A stretch of DNA of 64,000 nt, taken from contig CAXBMO010000011.1 in the NCBI GenBank assembly GCA_963977015.1, positions 32,001-96,000 of the forward strand. The letters run 5' to 3'. This document shows positions 39,648 to 47,786 of this stretch, one piece after another. The notes below the pieces were generated by a model. It saw only the letters and a list, made by a program, of their open reading frames with translations, ran no database searches and was not told the DNA's origin. Both the position numbers and the translations under genes were made by a program. Numbering within the stretch: position 1 is the stretch's first letter; each line of letters opens with the position of its first letter. This DNA is from an uncultured bacterium (GTDB lineage: Bacteria > Verrucomicrobiota > Verrucomicrobiia > Verrucomicrobiales > DEV007).

Positions 39648-40130
39648 CTAAGGTAATTCAGCGACCATGTAGTGGGTTCGTTCCATCTCTTTGTCTTCCG
39701 TGACTTTCACTTCAACCACATGGAATCGCAGAGGGCGATGGGAGAACAATTCCTCCCGCGCGGTTTCCCGGCAGTTTTCGTAAAGCCAATTCAAGGTGTG
39801 TTCCCCCGCCGGTTCCCGTTGCTCTCTCGTCATCCATTGAAAGCCCTGAATCTGAACTCCGTTTGCTTCGAGTTCCTTGCGCACTTCGCTCAGCTTGGAG
39901 CTGTAGATTTTCTTGAGCTTGCCGGTCCGGATCGAAGTGATCTCCTCAATCGGAATCGGGTTGTCCTGGCTGTCCGTCAGGTAGACATAGGACGTGTTGT
40001 TGGCCATTCGCGCATACATCGGGAAGTCTGAGAACGGAAAATTCTCCTGGAACACCAGGCAGAGGAAGACGGTGATCAACAATGCCGGTGCCGGGAAATT
40101 GCGCAGTTTCTGCTTCCATCGTGGATCCAT
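39648..40130 (-). CDS. Hypothetical membrane-anchored protein, partner of the HTTM-like gene
   Basis: N-terminal TM followed by ENFPFSDFPMY; stop abuts the start of the next gene. Confidence 0.7.
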   Translation of the reverse strand: MDPRWKQKLRNFPAPALLITVFLCLVFQENFPFSDFPMYARMANNTSYVYLTDSQDNPIPIEEITSIRTGKLKKIYSSKLSEVRKELEANGVQIQGFQWMTREQREPAGEHTLNWLYENCRETAREELFSHRPLRFHVVEVKVTEDKEMERTHYMVAELP

Positions 40131-40230
40131 CAGTATGTTCGGACGAGGTTAGGTTGGGTCGATGTTCTACTCAAGTCAGGGGGAGGGGAATTCGCAAATT
40201 GAGGTGAAGAACCGGCAATTGCTGCGCTGG

Positions 40231-40878
40231 TTAGCCGTTGCTGCCAACTTTGCGATGGGCATAAATCTCGCCGGATTTGTGGTAGGCCAGAAGAATGGCG
40301 CCCTCCACCGCGATTTCCTCGAACAACTCCTGCATGAACTGCTGCTGATAGGGCCACGGATAGACGAAAAAGACATCAATCTCGGAGATATCGCCGTCCA
40401 TCCCCTCGTAACGAAGTTCGGACACCAAATTGTAGGCGACCGCGTCATAATCCTCGCGAATCAGGTATTCGCCACCGACCCCGGAGTAACTCTCATAGCC
40501 GTCGGGGACGTAACTGGTTTCCAGGATGGAGACTTCCAACCCAAGGTGCTCTGCCAGGTCCTCGGAGGCCTCGACCAGGCTGCTTTCAATTTCAATTCCG
40601 TAGGCGTCATAGCCGAGTGAAGCGGCGAGGCACGTGCAAACGCCAAAGCCACTGCCCCACTCGCAAAACACCTTGCCCATGGTCAGGTCGTTCTCGGTCA
40701 AATACGCGAGCGCGCGGTAGAAGACCTCGGGGTCGCTCGGCAGATAGTTTGGAGTCTTTTTGTTTTCGGTGGTGGAAAACAACTCGTCGATTCGACGGTC
40801 CGATTCCTCAATAATGTGTGCAGCGCGCTTCGGCAGGTCGTCCGTCGAAAGCTGCATGGGGATTTCCTGGAGTGCCAT
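40231..40878 (-). CDS. Class I SAM-dependent methyltransferase-like protein
   Basis: FCEWGSGFGV motif I, YGIEIE motif II, FVYPWP. Confidence 0.75.
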   Translation of the reverse strand: MALQEIPMQLSTDDLPKRAAHIIEESDRRIDELFSTTENKKTPNYLPSDPEVFYRALAYLTENDLTMGKVFCEWGSGFGVCTCLAASLGYDAYGIEIESSLVEASEDLAEHLGLEVSILETSYVPDGYESYSGVGGEYLIREDYDAVAYNLVSELRYEGMDGDISEIDVFFVYPWPYQQQFMQELFEEIAVEGAILLAYHKSGEIYAHRKVGSNG

Positions 40879-41052
40879 GGGTTATCTGGTCTCTGAAAGA
40901 CCGGCGGGAGAAGTGATCATCCTTCATCCGTACGACCGACGAAACTGAAGTCAAGCAGCGTCGACATTCCCACCCCTTGCGTGCGGGGCCTTGAGCCAAA
41001 ATTTTGCACGACAAAGTGTTTCCCCCGATTGGGTGAGCCGCTAAGATTTTGA

Positions 41053-42522
41053 ATGCATTTCAAACCCCTTTTACAGCAATGCTGCTTCCTCGTGTGCTGG
41101 ATTCCGGCACTTCTCTGGGCTCAGGATGGAGAAAAACCCAACGTGCTCTTTCTGATCTGCGATGACCTGAACTGCGATATTGGCTCCTACGGGCATCCTC
41201 TGGTTCAAACCCCGAACATCGATCGTCTGGCGAGCCGCGGGGTGCGCTTTGATCGCGCCTATTGCCAGTATCCGTTGTGTGGGCCAAGCCGCGCGTCGTT
41301 CATGACCGGCCTCTATCCGGATCAGACGTTGATCCGTCGGAATGCGATCTACGTGCGGGAACACCTTCCCAGTGTGAAGTCGATTCCGCAGATGTTTCGC
41401 GATGCCGGATACTTTGCGACCCGAATCGGAAAAATTTATCACTACAACGTTCCCAAGCACATTGGAACGAGTGGTCACGATGATCCGTATTCCTGGAATC
41501 AGGTTTTCAATCCGCGAGGGCGGGATGTCGAAGACGAGCCTCTGATCTTCAGCCTGCAACCCGGGAGTTTTGGCGGGACGCTCAGTTGGTTGGCGGCCGA
41601 TGGCGAGGACTCAGAGCAGACGGATGCCATGATTGCCGATGAGACCATCCGGCAATTGCAGGGCTTCGCGGAGAGTGGGAAATCCTTCTATCTTGCGGTG
41701 GGGCTGTTTCGTCCGCACACCCCTTACGTTGCCCCCAAAAAATACTTCGATCTCTACCCGCTGGAATCCATCACCATTCCATCACAGCCCGAGGACTATC
41801 TTGAGACCCTTCCCAAACCCGCCGCAACGTCGATTCGGAGGAAGAAGAATCAGGTCGATCTGGATGAGAAGCTCGCTCGGGAATGTATCCAGTCGTATTA
41901 TGCTTCGATTACGTTTGCGGATGCGCAAATCGGTCGAATTCTCGACGGATTGGAGGCGAGTGGGTTGGCGAAAAACACGATTGTGATTTTCACCTCGGAT
42001 CATGGCTATCACATGGGGGAGCACGGGCATTGGCAGAAGACGACGTTGTTTGAGAACGCGACCCGCGTGCCGTTGATCATGGCGGGGCCCGGTATTTCGG
42101 CTGAGGGGAAATCGACCGAAACGCCGGTCGAGATGGTCGATTTTTATCCGACGTTGGCGCAGTTGTCAGGACTGATGAGCAAAGCTCCAAACTATCTTTC
42201 GGGGGTGAGTCTGGTTCCGGTGTTGAATGACCCGGAAAATGCGGCGCCGCGTGGTTCAGCCTTTTCTCAGTATGCGAACGGATATAGCATCCGTACGGCA
42301 CGCTATCGATATACCGAATGGGGGGAGGAAGGCAGTGAAGGGAACGAACTCTATGACCATCAAACCGACGCTGAAGAGTTGGTCAATCTGGCGCAGAACG
42401 TGGAATATGAAGGGAAGGTCAACGAACTGAGGGAGGAGCTTCACCAACGGATCAGGGATGCTCAGCGCAAGCCTGATGGCTTGGAACAAATGGTGTTCGA
42501 GAACCGGCGCCGGGTCCGCTAG
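41053..42522 (+). CDS. Sulfatase (iduronate-2-sulfatase-like)
   Basis: PNVLFLICDDL, CGPSRASFMTG, GKIYH, RPHTPY, SDHGYH. Confidence 0.95.
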   Translation: MHFKPLLQQCCFLVCWIPALLWAQDGEKPNVLFLICDDLNCDIGSYGHPLVQTPNIDRLASRGVRFDRAYCQYPLCGPSRASFMTGLYPDQTLIRRNAIYVREHLPSVKSIPQMFRDAGYFATRIGKIYHYNVPKHIGTSGHDDPYSWNQVFNPRGRDVEDEPLIFSLQPGSFGGTLSWLAADGEDSEQTDAMIADETIRQLQGFAESGKSFYLAVGLFRPHTPYVAPKKYFDLYPLESITIPSQPEDYLETLPKPAATSIRRKKNQVDLDEKLARECIQSYYASITFADAQIGRILDGLEASGLAKNTIVIFTSDHGYHMGEHGHWQKTTLFENATRVPLIMAGPGISAEGKSTETPVEMVDFYPTLAQLSGLMSKAPNYLSGVSLVPVLNDPENAAPRGSAFSQYANGYSIRTARYRYTEWGEEGSEGNELYDHQTDAEELVNLAQNVEYEGKVNELREELHQRIRDAQRKPDGLEQMVFENRRRVR

Positions 42523-42745
42523 CGAAACGCTCTTCTTCTGCGACTTTGTCTCCTTTGCGGTGGCTGACCGATGTCTGGGGCGGCCACCCAATTGGCCATG
42601 AGCAGAAGAAGAGAGGGGAGGAAAACGGGGCATGGCCCACCGCGGGCGCGCACCGCATGAAGCTCCACCAAATTACCGATTCTCGAAATATTGGGCGGTT
42701 TGGGATCGTGAATTCGGTAACCCTTTGTTTTTGTTTCAGCGATTG

Positions 42746-44122
42746 ATGAATCTCTCCCGCCGTCGTCTTCTTCAAACTGCCGCCTGTGGCTTTGGCCATC
42801 TCGCGTTTTCTGCGATTGCAAACGCGCAGAACCCACTCGCAGCCCGAGAAACGATGCATTTTGCTCGGGCCAAGCGGGTCATTTTCATCTTTATGCAGGG
42901 CGGTCCGAGTCATGTTGATTCGTTTGAGTACAAGCCCGCGTTGGCAAAATATGACGGTCAGCAGGCCGATTTCCGGAACCCCCGATCGCGAAAGGTCGAG
43001 TCGAAACCGGTCATGGGACCGCTTTGGGAGTTCCAACAACATGGAGCGTCTGGAAAGCACGTCACCGGCCTCTTTCCGGAAGTTGCCAAGCATGTCGATG
43101 ATCTCTGTTTTCTCCACGGGATGCACACCAATGGCGTCGCTCACGGCCCGGCGACGTTGTTTCTCCATACGGGAGCAACCAATCTGATCCGGCCATCGGT
43201 CGGCAGCTGGATCAGCTACGGACTTGGCTCATCGAATGAGAATCTCCCGGCCTTTGTCACCGTGAACCCGTGTGCCAACAAGGGCGGACCTCGCAACTAC
43301 GGGAATGCGTTTCTTCCCGCGATTCATCAAGGCACGGTGTTGGGAAGCCCCGGGAATCGGAATGCCGATCCTCACCTGCAAAATCTGATTTCTCCGCTGT
43401 CACCCGACCAGGCAGAGCGCAACTTTGATTTTCTTTCAAGCCTCAATCAGCTGCAGGCGGGAGCTTTGCTCGCGCCCGCGTTGGAAGGAGCCATTTCCTC
43501 CCATGAATTGGCCTGGCGCATGCAGAGTCGCGCCTCGGACCTGGTGGATCTGGATCGCGAGTCGGTCGCGACGACCGAGCTTTACGGAATCGGCGCGAAA
43601 CCCACCGATTCCTTTGGTCGGCAATGTCTCGCCGCGCGCCAGCTTGCGGAGGCGGGAGTTCGCTACATTCAAATCAGCCATTGCGACAACGGTGCGACGC
43701 CGGTTTGGGATCAACACAGCAACATGCCCAAGCACGAGACCCTGGCGCGTGAAGTGGACAAGCCGATCGCCGGTCTTCTTGCCGATCTCAAGCAACGAGG
43801 CATGTTGGAGGACACGCTGGTTTGGTGGGGTGGGGAGTTTGGGCGCACGCCCTACTCGCAAGGGAACAACGGGCGCGACCACAATCCGAAAGGCTTCACG
43901 ACCTGGCTCGCGGGAGGTGGCGTGAAGCGTGGTTTCAGCTACGGATCAACCGATGAGCTCGGCTTCCAGGCAATCGACGGCAAGGTTCACATGCATGACC
44001 TCCACGCGACGATTTTGCACCTGCTCGGCATGGATCACGAGAATTTGACCTATCGCTATGCGGGGCGCGATTTCCGGCTGACCGACGTTCATGGTCACGT
44101 CGTAAAAGAGATCCTGGCGTAG
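42746..44122 (+). CDS. DUF1501-family protein with Tat signal
   Basis: SRRRLL Tat motif; AKRVIFIFMQGGPSHVDSF; WDQH; GEFGRTP; GRDH; HDLHATILHLLG. Confidence 0.92.
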   Translation: MNLSRRRLLQTAACGFGHLAFSAIANAQNPLAARETMHFARAKRVIFIFMQGGPSHVDSFEYKPALAKYDGQQADFRNPRSRKVESKPVMGPLWEFQQHGASGKHVTGLFPEVAKHVDDLCFLHGMHTNGVAHGPATLFLHTGATNLIRPSVGSWISYGLGSSNENLPAFVTVNPCANKGGPRNYGNAFLPAIHQGTVLGSPGNRNADPHLQNLISPLSPDQAERNFDFLSSLNQLQAGALLAPALEGAISSHELAWRMQSRASDLVDLDRESVATTELYGIGAKPTDSFGRQCLAARQLAEAGVRYIQISHCDNGATPVWDQHSNMPKHETLAREVDKPIAGLLADLKQRGMLEDTLVWWGGEFGRTPYSQGNNGRDHNPKGFTTWLAGGGVKRGFSYGSTDELGFQAIDGKVHMHDLHATILHLLGMDHENLTYRYAGRDFRLTDVHGHVVKEILA

Positions 44123-44334
44123 TCGCCGGATTTCCCCAGAAGGGGAGGCTTCTCTCTGATGACTGGCTGACTGGTGGCGTTGGGAACGCGCTTCGCCGCG
44201 TTCTCCGGTAAATCGACGAAGACGCCTTTGGCGGCAATTTCGACATCCTGCGCATCGTGAGACGGAAAGTCGCGACGATTTCGAGGATCATCCTGGAGTT
44301 GGAATTCGGTCTCCATTCGGGGGGGGAGTCGGGG

Positions 44335-44700
44335 CTAGTAGCGGGCTAGCTGCGCAATGGGAGCGGGGGCCAGGTGGGTGATGCGATTCCACTCAAAGGG
44401 AATCGGCTCTTCAGGTTCTTCCGGGAAAACCTGAGATAGCAGCTCTTGCCCCGCCTGGGTGGAGCGGATGATGATTTTGCGGCGATCTTCCGGATTGCGT
44501 TGGCGGGTCACGAGACCTTTTCGCAACAGGTGATCGATCGTTCCGGTCATGGATGCCGGCGAAACGCCGACGAGGTCGCTGAGCTCGGACGAGCAGTGAC
44601 TTTCGTCGCGAAGGTGGAACAGGGTAATCATTGCGGACACCCCAATCCAGTGAGGAATTTGGGTGAGATCCGCAAGAGGAGTCGTCTTGAAGTCGTTCAT
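44335..44700 (-). CDS. MarR-family transcriptional regulator
   Basis: SELSDLVGVSPASMTGTIDHL..KGLV.R..NPEDRR...T.AG. Confidence 0.88.
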   Translation of the reverse strand: MNDFKTTPLADLTQIPHWIGVSAMITLFHLRDESHCSSELSDLVGVSPASMTGTIDHLLRKGLVTRQRNPEDRRKIIIRSTQAGQELLSQVFPEEPEEPIPFEWNRITHLAPAPIAQLARY

Positions 44701-44789
44701 GATGAGTCGAGTCGATAAGAGATGAAGGCGCGAAGTTGCTTCGGACGGGGGAGTCCGGAATCGCGACCTGACGTGAAATTCCGCGCGGA

Positions 44790-44993
44790 TCAGCGGCGGT
44801 GAGAATTCAGGCTACGGCCGGTGGAATTGGCAAAGGCTTGGAGGGCCTCGTAAACTGCGGTCACGGATTTGGGAGGATTTTGGTCCGACTGCATGTGCGA
44901 GAGAAGCGATTGGATCGATTCCGCGACATCGGAAACCAGGATTTCGTGATCAGATGGGGGTGCAGCTTGCGCTACAGAACGCTGGTTGTTCAT
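44790..44993 (-). CDS. Small hypothetical protein
   Basis: 67-aa ORF co-oriented upstream of marR; no recognisable motif. Confidence 0.4.
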   Translation of the reverse strand: MNNQRSVAQAAPPSDHEILVSDVAESIQSLLSHMQSDQNPPKSVTAVYEALQAFANSTGRSLNSHRR

Positions 44994-45270
44994 TAGCTTG
45001 GTATTTGGATTTTGGTTTCCCAATCAGCACGTTGGCGAACCCGCTGAATGGTTTTGTTCAGGTTGAGAAATGCGCCTCGGATGACTCCTCTCAGTGTTTG
45101 GCGAACCCAGAGTGAAGGCGGAAATTGCATTTCAGCAAAGATCAAAGATCTAAGCATAATGATATTTAGGCTATGTTAGAAGATGAGTCAATTAAGAGAG
45201 AAGTCTTTGTTAAGAAAAAATCCAGCGACTCGTTCCCGCTCTCTGAAACGCGGTGATTTCAGCCGATTTG

Positions 45271-45311
45271 TACAAAGAAACCGGGCCGAACACATGAAGC
45301 GTTCGGCCCGG
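45271..45311 (-). terminator. Rho-independent terminator (minus strand)
   Basis: Perfect 11-bp stem 45281-45291/45301-45311, 9-nt loop, followed on the minus strand by TTTCTTTGTA. Confidence 0.7.
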
Positions 45312-45513
45312 ATACCAAATAGCAGTAAAGCTAATGTGGGTTCGCCGTGAATTCGATACAATATCCTTCGTTTCACGCAAGCTAAATTCTTAGAATTGTA
45401 CAATTTTAATGGAATTGGACTTTGGAGACAGAATTTATGCAATTATCGAAAATAATTCCTGCATTTGGGATGTTTCTTTTGTACAGGAATCTTGAAACCG
45501 TATTTCAGGAAAC

Positions 45514-46017
45514 TTGTCGGAGACAGAAACATCCGAGATCACGAGGAAGTTTTCCCTCAAGGTCGAAGAAACGAACTCAGAGACACGATTGGAGCTCGAA
45601 ATGGGCCAACCGGGGGTCATCAAGTTCGAGCTTCCGCCGCGCCCGCAGCCACGGGCCGTTGGTCCACAGGTGATTTGGGCGGAGCTGCGCGCCAAGCTTC
45701 AGCAGCGGATCGAAAGCGGTTCCAAGGAAGACGCAGGGAAGATCGGAACCAAGGAAGCGGCTTTGATTGGGGCTTGGGCCTATGTTTGTGCGGTGGGCCG
45801 GGACGACGAAGCCTTTGGGACGACGGAGATCAAAACGGTGTTGGGAGATTCCTGGGATGCCTTCAAACGGAAGGACAGCCTTCACACCGGTGATCTCAAA
45901 TTAAACCCGTGGATTGATCAGATCGGGAAAAGCAATCGCTACAGCCTGAATGCGGATGGCATTGACCAGGCCAAGGAGCTGATGAAGTCGCTGATTGGTG
46001 ACGCGCAGGAGGCCTGA
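45514..46017 (+). CDS. Hypothetical protein, possible C-terminal winged helix
   Basis: TTG start after AGGAA; C-terminal RYSLNADGIDQAKEL resembles a wHTH wing-helix. Confidence 0.6.
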   Translation: MSETETSEITRKFSLKVEETNSETRLELEMGQPGVIKFELPPRPQPRAVGPQVIWAELRAKLQQRIESGSKEDAGKIGTKEAALIGAWAYVCAVGRDDEAFGTTEIKTVLGDSWDAFKRKDSLHTGDLKLNPWIDQIGKSNRYSLNADGIDQAKELMKSLIGDAQEA

Positions 46018-46021
46018 TGGC

Positions 46022-47005
46022 CTATTCGCGAGCCCAGATCCGCGTATCCAGGTTCAGGTCCTCCACCAGATCGAAGCACGACTTCAACTCTTCCGCGACG
46101 CGTTGGATCTGGCTGCTGCCATGCAGACTTTCCTGGAGGCGGGGTTCGAAGAAGTTTCCTTTGAGCGGAATCGCGACATTCACCATCGAATCGACAAACG
46201 AGATTCGGATATTTGCGCCTTTCCAGGCGTTTCGCAGGCTCAGGATTCGGCGCATCATCGTGGTGGAAAGCAGGTAGCGGGCCTCGACCTGATCCGAGCT
46301 GTAGACTTGAAAGTGGTTCTCAAAGTCGGGGTCTTCCATGCGCACCAAATCCTTGGATCCAAACGGAAAAAAGCCCTGCATCGCTTTGCCCATTGCGCCG
46401 AAGATCCCGCTTTCATTGTCCGGCAGAACCCGAGTCACGCCTTGGAAGTTCTTGTGAAAATCCGCAACCATCATCACGCCCTTAAAAATGGTCACGTAAT
46501 AGGTTTCCGTATCGCCATCGCTGTCCGTCCGGGTTCGCTTTTCCTCGGCGTTGATTTCGGCGATGAGCACGTCCGTTTCTCCCACTTTTCCGGCGAGCTG
46601 ATCTTCGGTTGCGTAACGGTCTGGCGAGGTGGGAAAAAGCTGCGTTGCGCGGAAGAGGCTGCATTCAATTCCGCGGTCGGGAGCGAAGCGAACCTTGGGT
46701 TGAATCGTGCGAACCAGCTCCGTCACCACATCGGTCTTGAACGAGGTTCGAAACTCTTTCGCTGCCGGCGCTGCGACCACCATCCAACTGATGATGCTGG
46801 CGATAAACGTGGCGATAACTCCCGGGATGAAGACGAAAGCGCCGTAAGCTTGGGAGAGGAACAGGCAAATTACCAGAATGCCGCCACCGATGACCAACAA
46901 CAGGTTGTAGCACTTGGATCGCTGCTCCAACGCGTGAAGCCGGCGGTTTTCCACGCTGTCCAGGTTGGTTTCCAAGCGGGCCAGAACTTGATCGAGCGCT
47001 TCCAT
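46022..47005 (-). CDS. DUF3137-family protein
   Basis: Two N-terminal TMs; DRY..ED...TIFKG...DF.KNF.G.T...EDPDFE..F.VYS.DQVEARYLLS. Confidence 0.85.
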   Translation of the reverse strand: MEALDQVLARLETNLDSVENRRLHALEQRSKCYNLLLVIGGGILVICLFLSQAYGAFVFIPGVIATFIASIISWMVVAAPAAKEFRTSFKTDVVTELVRTIQPKVRFAPDRGIECSLFRATQLFPTSPDRYATEDQLAGKVGETDVLIAEINAEEKRTRTDSDGDTETYYVTIFKGVMMVADFHKNFQGVTRVLPDNESGIFGAMGKAMQGFFPFGSKDLVRMEDPDFENHFQVYSSDQVEARYLLSTTMMRRILSLRNAWKGANIRISFVDSMVNVAIPLKGNFFEPRLQESLHGSSQIQRVAEELKSCFDLVEDLNLDTRIWARE

Positions 47006-47041
47006 GATGAGCGAAGTTGTCCCTTGGGGGAATTTCCGGGA

Positions 47042-47599
47042 TTAGGAAAAGTCCACCTTCACCGGTGCTCGTTCCACTTCCGCCGCCTCAAAAAACGCCA
47101 TTTTCTTCAGGTTCATGGCGTTTCCGACGATGCTGGATGGAAACATCTCCAAGGCGTTGTTGAACATCTCCACCGCCCCGTTGTGGGCCCGGCGTGCTGC
47201 TGAAACCTGTTCCTCCACTTCATTCAGCGACTTCTGCAGATGGATGAAGTTGTCGCTCGATTTCAGCTCCGGATACGCCTCGGCGCGGACGGAAATCGCG
47301 CCCAGGTTGGAACTGATTTCGCTCTCCAGCGTCATCCGCTCAGAGGATTCGATATCCCGATTGGCGGCTTGTTCGCGCAGCTCGGTGATCTTGGTCAGCA
47401 GATCGTTCTCATGCTGCATGATTCCCTTCACCGTGTTGACGAGATTCGGGATCAGATCGTGGCGCTTTTTGAGGTGAACATCGACGCTGGATAGCGCGCT
47501 TCGCGCCTGGTTGCGTTTCGCGATGAAGCCGTTGTAGGTTGCGAGCCACCAGATGAGAATGATGAGCCCGGCGCCTGCGAGTATGAAGAGTCCTGTCAT
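47042..47599 (-). CDS. lemA: LemA-family protein
   Basis: YN...VDVHLKKRHDLIPNLVNTVKG...EAYPELKS..NF...AARR...FPS. Confidence 0.93.
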   Translation of the reverse strand: MTGLFILAGAGLIILIWWLATYNGFIAKRNQARSALSSVDVHLKKRHDLIPNLVNTVKGIMQHENDLLTKITELREQAANRDIESSERMTLESEISSNLGAISVRAEAYPELKSSDNFIHLQKSLNEVEEQVSAARRAHNGAVEMFNNALEMFPSSIVGNAMNLKKMAFFEAAEVERAPVKVDFS

Positions 47600-47786
47600 G
47601 GTGCGGTGAGGCTACGCGAACTGGCCGGAACCGCCAACTCCAAACATGTTGATAATTTGGAATAGCAAACCTTGAAGGTGGCCGCTGCAAAGATTCCAGA
47701 ATCAGCTAAGCAGGAGAGCGCGAAAAGTAAGTTTTTCCCATCCGATAGCTTGCACTCTGCAAAGTCGTGTCCGAAGGAAAATGGTC

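Noticed and set aside
44095-44316. 73-aa ORF downstream of marR
   Set aside because: No RBS or motif, and it overlaps the 3' end of the DUF1501 gene; could be real but is unsupported
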